From: an uncultured bacterium
GTDB taxonomy: Bacteria; Zixibacteria; MSB-5A5; CAIYYT01
Length of the DNA: 64,000 bases
NCBI GenBank assembly: GCA_963726455.1
Contig: CAVSCK010000005.1
Coordinates: 160,001-224,000, forward strand
Reading direction: 5' to 3'
The position numbers were made by a program, and so were the translations under genes. The notes beneath the pieces are model-generated. The model made no database searches, was not told the DNA's origin, and saw only the letters and a program-made list of their open reading frames with translations. This document shows, piece after piece, positions 57,458 to 64,000 of the stretch (positions are counted from its first letter, which is position 1; every line of letters starts with the position of its first letter).

Positions 57458-57547
57458 TCTTTCGGCAAGGATACGGGGTTAGGTTAGTTAAAAACAGTCG
57501 CAATCTCGGCAGCAAGCAGATCGCGCAAGACGCTGTTTGTGTTTCGG

Positions 57548-59299
57548 TCACCACCTTTGAAGACTCCGTGTGACGGTATAGGTACCGGCTTTAAAATGAT
57601 AGCTGCATGGACCGGGGCACCAATTGGTGGCGTCGAACTTGATCTCTTTGAAACCAACATCCCGACCAGAGAGGGATTGGGCCGCTCCCCTAACACCGAA
57701 AACTTCAATGCTCCACTCGGTCAATCGGGGCAGGTAGAATGCGATCTTGGCGTCTTTGCGACCCGGCCAGGTGAGCCAGTCGTTGGACGAAGTACTTATA
57801 AAGGGCGGAGGAATCGAGTCGGGGTACGTGTACAGGAGACTGCCATTGTTGTCGGACAGCTGTACTGCAACGAGTTTGGCGTTACCACCGATTGTGAGCA
57901 ATTTGTTATGGCCGGCAGGCAGGTAAATGTTACGGCACTCCGCTAGGCGCCCGGAGTCAGGCCCATCGGCATCGCAAACGCCAAGAACGCGCAGTTCTCT
58001 TGCGGTGGTGTCATAGAAGCTGGTAATGGGAAGGGCAGACTGTGATATCGCGGTGCAAACACTGTCGCAGTTGAACACGGCAATTACGCCTGCGACATTA
58101 GATCGGGACTCCACTGACAGATCGCCGTTAGCGAATGATATGAAAGCAGAATCGGAGGTGAACTCTGGCTTTCTGCCCCAAACTTCGTCCCCCACGATGA
58201 TCCTTCGCAAGAAGACGAGATCGGCAATGGTCATCGGCCTTCCATCACGGTTGACATCAGAACATTCCCAAGCCACCTCTGTCATGGCGTCGTGCTGAGG
58301 TTTGTGGTCCGAAATCCCCAAACTCCAATCTTGCATGGAATTGAGCTGAAAAGTGTCGCTCCAAATCGAGGACTCCGCTCCGCGCCGGAGAAGATCCGCC
58401 AGAAGTTTGGCATCCCCAATTTCGTTGTCGGTGCCGTTGAGATTGAGGTCCAGGAGACCGCGAATATCGACGTCGAGTCCGATTACGTCGACTCCGCCAT
58501 TCTCGAAGTCGACGAGATGCGCGACTTGCTGGCCCGCCCGGAGACTGTCACAGTCGCCGCAAATGCCGCCGAAATGAGGCCAGAACTGACAATCCGCTCC
58601 CGTAATTTCATCAAGCCTGAGTGAGTCTCTTCCATCTTGCCAACCCGGCATGTCGATCACGCGGCGCGACACGAACAGGCTGTCTCGTCGGGAGGAAATG
58701 AAAGCATTGTCGGTGCATTCCGTCCAGCAGAAACGAACGGGCGAATACGTTCCCTCGTATGTCCGGTCAGCAGTAACATACATCTTCAGTCGAACAAGCT
58801 CGCCCCCGTCAGGAACGCTCGTAGCTTTTCGACGTGAGTTCGTGGAAGAATCGACGGCGGCCTTGACTTGCAAGATTGTCAAAGGACAATCACCCGGGCT
58901 TGTGGCTGTTTGCACAATTTTATAGGTGAAATACTTCCAGTCACAGCCGGACTTATCGAGAGCTGAGCCTAACTCGGCGGATACGTCCTTGAATACGGTA
59001 GGATCGTAACCGATGTCGAAACCAAACCCGCTGAAATTTTGAGTGCCGCTGGACTTGATGATGGATATGCCCGGATCGTGGCACTGGATTGACCTTACCG
59101 GCCGGGTAATTTTGATGACGAGGTGAGGCGGCTGTATACTGTCGCCCGTGCCGAGAAATGCTGCCTGCAAGGCATCAGAAGTAAGAAGAAACAGGATCAG
59201 ACCCAAAACAATCGTAGCACCGAAGATGCTGCTGCAATCCCTGCCTATGTCTGAAAATCGTGATGTTGTGCTCGCGGCCTGGTTTTGCTTTAGGTTCAT
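57548..59299 (-). CDS. Secreted cohesin-like + dockerin-like protein
   Basis: GFGFDIGYD, WKYFTY, PVRFCW..C.DN, DLNLNG..NEIGDA, SDVNRDG..TIADLV. Confidence 0.75.
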   Translation of the reverse strand: MNLKQNQAASTTSRFSDIGRDCSSIFGATIVLGLILFLLTSDALQAAFLGTGDSIQPPHLVIKITRPVRSIQCHDPGISIIKSSGTQNFSGFGFDIGYDPTVFKDVSAELGSALDKSGCDWKYFTYKIVQTATSPGDCPLTILQVKAAVDSSTNSRRKATSVPDGGELVRLKMYVTADRTYEGTYSPVRFCWTECTDNAFISSRRDSLFVSRRVIDMPGWQDGRDSLRLDEITGADCQFWPHFGGICGDCDSLRAGQQVAHLVDFENGGVDVIGLDVDIRGLLDLNLNGTDNEIGDAKLLADLLRRGAESSIWSDTFQLNSMQDWSLGISDHKPQHDAMTEVAWECSDVNRDGRPMTIADLVFLRRIIVGDEVWGRKPEFTSDSAFISFANGDLSVESRSNVAGVIAVFNCDSVCTAISQSALPITSFYDTTARELRVLGVCDADGPDSGRLAECRNIYLPAGHNKLLTIGGNAKLVAVQLSDNNGSLLYTYPDSIPPPFISTSSNDWLTWPGRKDAKIAFYLPRLTEWSIEVFGVRGAAQSLSGRDVGFKEIKFDATNWCPGPCSYHFKAGTYTVTRSLQRW

Positions 59300-59312
59300 C
59301 GAAGTTCCCAGA

Positions 59313-60899
59313 CTACTTGGCTATTTGTCGAGCCAATGAAGATGCCCCAGCAATGGCTTTCACCGTGTACACTCCCGGCAGATAATCCGCCCAGATCCAG
59401 TCGAAGTACTTCGTCCCCGCGTCTGTTCCGGAATAAGTCTTCAGGATTTGTTGTCGCGCGTTTGAAATTTCAATGCGCCAATCAGTCTTCTCGGGAAGTC
59501 CGAGATTAATCCTAACGCGGTCACTTCTGAATGGATTGACCGAACATTCTAGGGCAAACGACAGAGGCACGTGTTGGTCGCCAAGAGATGCGATCAAAAG
59601 GTTGCCGTCATAATCAGAAAATTGGATCGACTTCAATGTCACTTGACCGAGTATCCTAAACAGTGAATTGTCTCCCGGACCAAGACAGCGCAGAAAGCAG
59701 CTTTTGTCCCGACCGACCAGACAGAACTGGAGAACTCGCAGTTCCCTCGTTGTTGAGTCGTAATAGGTCGACAAGGGAAGATTGCACTGCGACTCAACCT
59801 GGTAGTCCCGATCGCTTGCGAATGTGGCGAACACTCCGGCAATTTTGGCGAGCGACTTTGTACTCAGGACTTCGTTGGCGAAATTGACTGTCACGGCATC
59901 GCCCATCGAGTTGAGCCTCGCAATTGGCTTTGCATCGCCTGTGATTAGCCGTTGTAAATAGACGAGGTCAGCCACCGTGAGCGGCTGTCCGTCGTCGTTC
60001 ATGTCTGACATAGCCAGAGTCTCGTTCTTGGCCGAGTCGCTCAAAGTTGACAACCCCTGTAACAGGTAATTGGCAAGTAGGGACTCGTCGCTGATTTCGT
60101 TGGCGATACCGTTCAGATTGATGTCTCCAAGTGCCGTAGGATCACCACCGCAGACGAAGTCCAGGCCGCCGTTTCGAAAAGTGATTCCGGCGTGTGATTC
60201 AGGCGTTTTCTCCTTTTGCCGGCAGTTGCTGGGTATACCGCCGTAAGAAAAACAGAAGTTGGCGCCCTGTCCGGTCAGAAGAGTGCGATTGGCGGAATAC
60301 TTCAGATCGTAGTTCCAATCGAGGACACTGTCTGCGGCGAGCGGCTGCCGTTTGCGAACGGTAGTCAGAGTATTGTCCGAGCAACTGCCCCAGACGAATC
60401 TGATCGGCAGAAACTCGCAATCAGCCAAATTGCGAACCATGAATTCCACACTTGCCAATTCGCCGCCATCGGGAATTACATAACATCCCGCACTAGTCTC
60501 TTTACCAATCGAATCGGCGGCAGCCCGGATACGCACCAGTCCTCTCGGACACTGACCGGTGCAAGTATCGACCGTCTCAAGGCCGCAGGTGAAATATCGC
60601 CAGCGACACCCCTTGTCGGAAAGAGCGGCGCCGATCTTGCCAGAGACGAATTGCATTCTGCTGGTGTCATAATCGACCAGCAAATTGAACGTGCGAATCG
60701 GCTCGCTGCCGGCCGCCTTGGAAACGGAGACGTAAGCAGATTGTCCGGAGAGGGCACTGTGAACGCGCCCGATTTCGATGCGAAAAGGTTTGAACTCGAT
60801 CGCAGAAATCGAATCGGGCTTGGCACCATACGCCAAGCTCCAGGACAGTGAGAATACATGTATAAGAATGATGAATGTGCGGACAGTATTCACTGACAT
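59313..60899 (-). CDS. Secreted cohesin-like + dockerin-like protein (paralog of 57548..59299)
   Basis: Start moved to MSVNTVR because the ORF-track start overlaps the tRNA; FNLLVDYD, WRYFTC, GDINLNGIANEISD, SDMNDDG..TVADLV. Confidence 0.75.
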   Translation of the reverse strand: MSVNTVRTFIILIHVFSLSWSLAYGAKPDSISAIEFKPFRIEIGRVHSALSGQSAYVSVSKAAGSEPIRTFNLLVDYDTSRMQFVSGKIGAALSDKGCRWRYFTCGLETVDTCTGQCPRGLVRIRAAADSIGKETSAGCYVIPDGGELASVEFMVRNLADCEFLPIRFVWGSCSDNTLTTVRKRQPLAADSVLDWNYDLKYSANRTLLTGQGANFCFSYGGIPSNCRQKEKTPESHAGITFRNGGLDFVCGGDPTALGDINLNGIANEISDESLLANYLLQGLSTLSDSAKNETLAMSDMNDDGQPLTVADLVYLQRLITGDAKPIARLNSMGDAVTVNFANEVLSTKSLAKIAGVFATFASDRDYQVESQCNLPLSTYYDSTTRELRVLQFCLVGRDKSCFLRCLGPGDNSLFRILGQVTLKSIQFSDYDGNLLIASLGDQHVPLSFALECSVNPFRSDRVRINLGLPEKTDWRIEISNARQQILKTYSGTDAGTKYFDWIWADYLPGVYTVKAIAGASSLARQIAK

Positions 60900-60931
60900 G
60901 TAAAGCCGCGGAATGGGTGAGTAATTAGTAA

Positions 60932-61003
60932 CTGGGGTGCCAGGATTCGAACCTGGGAATGGCAGCTCCAAAGGCTGCTGACTTACCGCTTGTCGACACC
61001 CCA
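60932..61003 (-). tRNA. tRNA-Gln(TTG)
   Basis: TGGGGTG acceptor stem, GCAGC-CTTTGGA-GCTGC anticodon arm, GGTTCGAATCC T-arm. Confidence 0.95.
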
Positions 61004-61012
61004 ATCCGACCA

Positions 61013-61041
61013 ATGATACGTTTTTGCGCGGGCAGAGTCAA
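61013..61041 (-). promoter_or_regulatory. sigma70 promoter of tRNA-Gln
   Basis: TTGACT-17-TATCAT. Confidence 0.7.
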
Positions 61042-61064
61042 TGCCCCCGGCAAAAAAAGCGCGA

Positions 61065-61358
61065 TCAGCTTTCCCAGCTACCGGTGCCGACGACCGCCGA
61101 CGAGTCGTGGAGGGCTTCCTCGTAGGCCGCGAGAATTTTCTCCTCGATGAGCCGGCGCATTTCGCTGTTGATCGGATGGGCAATGTCCTGGTACTTGCCC
61201 TGCGGCATGCGGCGCGACGGCATACTGACGAAGTAGCCCGACTTACCGCTGATGATTTTGAGCCCGCGTACTACGAATTGGTTGTCGAAGGTGATGTTGA
61301 CAAAGGCCTTGAGCTTGTCCTCATTCCTGAGTGTCACCCTGATCTCTGTGATTTCCAC
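61065..61358 (-). CDS. spoVG: Septation regulator SpoVG
   Basis: MEITEIRV..LKAFVNITFD..FVSMPSR..DIAHPIN. Confidence 0.95.
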   Translation of the reverse strand: MEITEIRVTLRNEDKLKAFVNITFDNQFVVRGLKIISGKSGYFVSMPSRRMPQGKYQDIAHPINSEMRRLIEEKILAAYEEALHDSSAVVGTGSWES

Positions 61359-61396
61359 GGCTCCCTCCCTCTGACAGGGTCCCGATGATATGTCGA

Positions 61397-62260
61397 TTAT
61401 TCCAGCTGAATCGGGTCAACAATGAATACCCGCCAGCCGAAACGCTCCGCTATGTTCGTCTCCAGCCCGGGATCTGGTGCGTGATCAAACAAGCCAAAAA
61501 ACGCGGAGCCGCTGCCGGACAGCGCCACAACATTCGCACCTGCCTCCCAGAGAGTTTTTGCGCACAAGGACACGGCCGGATGACTTTCAGTCACCAGTCG
61601 CTCGAAATCATTGCCTATACTCTTCAGCAATGGAAAAAGCTCTTCGCTTGGGATCGCCCGATTAAAGTTAAGGTTCGTGGAAATATCTGTCAAGTATTTT
61701 TTTACCTGGGCATAGGCCAGTGCGGTCGAAACGGCAAAATCGGGGGCGACAAGTATAATGTGGTAATCGCGGGGCAAATTGACATATTCTACAAGGTCGC
61801 CGCGCCCGGAAAGCAGCGCCGAGCCGCCCGAAAAGAAAAACGGCACGTCACTTCCGAGCCGGGCGCCCAATTCCCTTAGCCGCTCGTCAGGCAGATCGAG
61901 GCCCAACAGGCGGTTCACGCCCTTCAGAGCAGCAGCCGCATCTGAGCTTCCTCCCCCCAAACCCGAGCCAACCGGAATTCGCTTGGTAAGTTCGACGCGG
62001 ACACCGCGAGTGCAGCAGGTTTCCTGATGCAGAAGCTCGATCGCCTTCCAGATGATGTTGGAGCTGTCGAGCGGAACATTGGCCGCACCACCGGTAAGTT
62101 CGATGCCGCTTTCGATCCTTGAGAATTGGAGAGTATCGTAGAGACTGACTGCTTGTACCAGCGAGTAGATATCATGGAAACCGTCGGGGCGTTTGCGCAG
62201 GACTTTGAGGAAGAGATTGATCTTTGCCGGCGCCTGCAGTGTGAGACTGGCGTTCGGCAT
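61397..62260 (-). CDS. ispE: 4-diphosphocytidyl-2-C-methyl-D-erythritol kinase
   Basis: APAKINLFL, KRIPVGSGLGGGSSDAA, LGSDVPFF, LSGSGS. Confidence 0.95.
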   Translation of the reverse strand: MPNASLTLQAPAKINLFLKVLRKRPDGFHDIYSLVQAVSLYDTLQFSRIESGIELTGGAANVPLDSSNIIWKAIELLHQETCCTRGVRVELTKRIPVGSGLGGGSSDAAAALKGVNRLLGLDLPDERLRELGARLGSDVPFFFSGGSALLSGRGDLVEYVNLPRDYHIILVAPDFAVSTALAYAQVKKYLTDISTNLNFNRAIPSEELFPLLKSIGNDFERLVTESHPAVSLCAKTLWEAGANVVALSGSGSAFFGLFDHAPDPGLETNIAERFGWRVFIVDPIQLE

Positions 62261-63816
62261 CAGTCGATTAGCCCCTGGAGGTAATAGGATAGCAGCAAGT
62301 CAAGCCCAACACGATCGCGACTGACGCCGCATTGGTTCTGATAGTTGCTGAAATGGGCATAGGAAACCGCGAGATGACCTTGGACAGTCTGCGAATGAAA
62401 GAATTCTGCACCGGCACGAACCGAGGGAGACGTTTCGACGATGCCCGACGGGAATTTTACGTGTTTGGGAACGCCCGATGCGGCGAATTGCTGGATACGT
62501 CCCTCGCCGTGACGGTTGTACTGGAACTCCAGTTCCAGGTCGCAATTGACATTAAGGTGATAGCGAAGCAGCGCCAGCGTTCTATCGAGATCGTCGCCGC
62601 CGAAGTAGCCGATGGGTTGGCCATCGTTAAGATAGAGATTCTGCGGCTTGACCTGGCCGTACACTGTTGTGTTGACGCGGGTATAACTGAGTTTGCCGAA
62701 CAGCCGCTTGAATCCGAACGGCTCAAGCGCGTCGACACCGACTTTGTAGCCGACCTGGTGCGGCTCAGAAACGAAATCAATCTGGAAATCGTCAATCATG
62801 AGCTCCGCAAAGATTCGGGCTCGCCGGGGCCAGTAAACCGCGAGATCGAGGCCGAGGAACAGGTTGTCATCGGTGCGACGATTGTATTGCTCCCAGTAAT
62901 AGGGCAAGAAGGGATTGAGATAGTGCCACTCGATCGGGCGGTTGTAGCCACCATACAGGGCGATTTCCGAAATGCCCAACTCAAACACGCCCTGCTTACG
63001 AAACGACAGGCGATGAGCGGATAGATAGCGCACCAACGTCGAATCGTTGTGCTGGATATCATCGAGCCGGGCAATGAAGTAGTCGAAACGAAACGCTTTG
63101 TGTTCGTACCCAAGCCAGATGCGATCGAAGGCAGGTGAATTATCCGACAGCAGGAGTGCATCATGCTGCTCCGGTCCCCAGACCATGTACGATCGGCCGA
63201 CCGAACCGAAGATGCCTTTGCGATAGAAATAGAGGGCGGCATTATCAAGCCAGCCGGTAATCTTCTTCTTCCACTTGCGGCCATTGAACTGCGAACTGAG
63301 TTCACCGTGGTTTTCGACACGAGCGCGGATATGAACCTGCAGACTAGGATTAGGACTAACCCACGACTCGGCGGTAATGCCGACCCGATGCACCGGCACG
63401 GTGTCCTTTGCAGCAAGTTCCTGCACAAAGGGGATAAATCGCAAGTGCAGGGCAGGATATGTACCGCGAGGACGGTGAATTCCAGTCAGCGAATTGAGAT
63501 CGAACGTCCGTTCGCGATTATCGAACGGATATCGATCTTTGATTGCCATCGCAACGGTGGACGAATTTTGGTTAGTGCTGGTTTCCGGACGATAAGTCAG
63601 GTGAGGCAGAATGTTGGAATAAAGCCGGCTCAAGTTGTCGACGAGCAAGTACTCTTCCCAATATCCGTTGGCAATGTAGTCGGCGGACTCAAGCCGCGTT
63701 ACCAGGAGATTAGTGGAATCGCATGGCGCACAACATTGACTGAAGGATACATGGGTGCTGTCTGCCGAGGCCTGTACGAATGCCAGCAGCAGTAACAGCA
63801 TGACAAATCGGGGCAT
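62260..63816 (-). CDS. Capsule assembly Wzi-family outer-membrane protein
   Basis: Signal peptide; GRSYMVWGP..LLLSDN, YLSAHRL, YLNPF, ELMIDD. Confidence 0.75.
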   Translation of the reverse strand: MPRFVMLLLLLAFVQASADSTHVSFSQCCAPCDSTNLLVTRLESADYIANGYWEEYLLVDNLSRLYSNILPHLTYRPETSTNQNSSTVAMAIKDRYPFDNRERTFDLNSLTGIHRPRGTYPALHLRFIPFVQELAAKDTVPVHRVGITAESWVSPNPSLQVHIRARVENHGELSSQFNGRKWKKKITGWLDNAALYFYRKGIFGSVGRSYMVWGPEQHDALLLSDNSPAFDRIWLGYEHKAFRFDYFIARLDDIQHNDSTLVRYLSAHRLSFRKQGVFELGISEIALYGGYNRPIEWHYLNPFLPYYWEQYNRRTDDNLFLGLDLAVYWPRRARIFAELMIDDFQIDFVSEPHQVGYKVGVDALEPFGFKRLFGKLSYTRVNTTVYGQVKPQNLYLNDGQPIGYFGGDDLDRTLALLRYHLNVNCDLELEFQYNRHGEGRIQQFAASGVPKHVKFPSGIVETSPSVRAGAEFFHSQTVQGHLAVSYAHFSNYQNQCGVSRDRVGLDLLLSYYLQGLID

Positions 63817-64000
63817 GAGCTTATTTAATCCTTGCCGTAAAAAATGTCAACGGAAATCGGGGTTTCGACGTTAACAGAGACTATGACGCGGCCGAAGCGA
63901 ATTCGAGGAAAAAAGATTTTGCATTTTGCCTGCTGGCGCGTCAGATTAATGGTAATTGCGGAGTGGAACACTAATCGGAGCAACTGATTGACTCATAAGC

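Noticed and set aside
60900-61013. N-terminal extension of ORF 59313..61013
   Set aside because: Overlaps tRNA-Gln.

Overview
Bacterial chromosomal window of roughly 55% GC, estimated by eye. The many Cys-flanked double-dockerin, cohesin-like and FlgD-like secreted proteins, plus the ispE-spoVG-tRNA-Gln cluster, suggest candidate phylum Zixibacteria or a relative (inference). Housekeeping and accessory content includes RecQ-PRTase + DprA, a DUF4258/YgiT TA-like pair, an FHA-GAF-PP2C phosphatase, an ABC-2 exporter, a decaheme/porin/hexaheme porin-cytochrome operon, AAA+/vWA, glgP, glmL-like, nagD, VOC proteins, a NarL-type two-component system, pheA, tRNA-Gln, spoVG, ispE and a Wzi-like gene. 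The most notable part is about 30.0-49.3 kb. A central sigma70-driven operon (small secreted protein + TPR-sigma54 activator) is flanked by six outward-pointing cassettes, four on the minus strand and two on the plus strand. All six carry a GGCAC-N5-TTGCA sigma54 promoter. Five have clustered TTCGCGAA palindromes about 90-125 bp upstream of it. Five have an unannotated leader uORF with an arrest-peptide-like (R/K)xPP motif (RAPP, KAPP, RRPP) embedded in a hairpin. Cargo is variable and secreted: dockerin-bearing proteases with lipoprotein partners, Cys-rich bacteriocin-like precursors and small immunity-like membrane proteins. Several frameshifts in this region may be sequencing errors. A previously unannotated ~90-nt sRNA candidate with its own promoter and terminator lies at about 1.4 kb.
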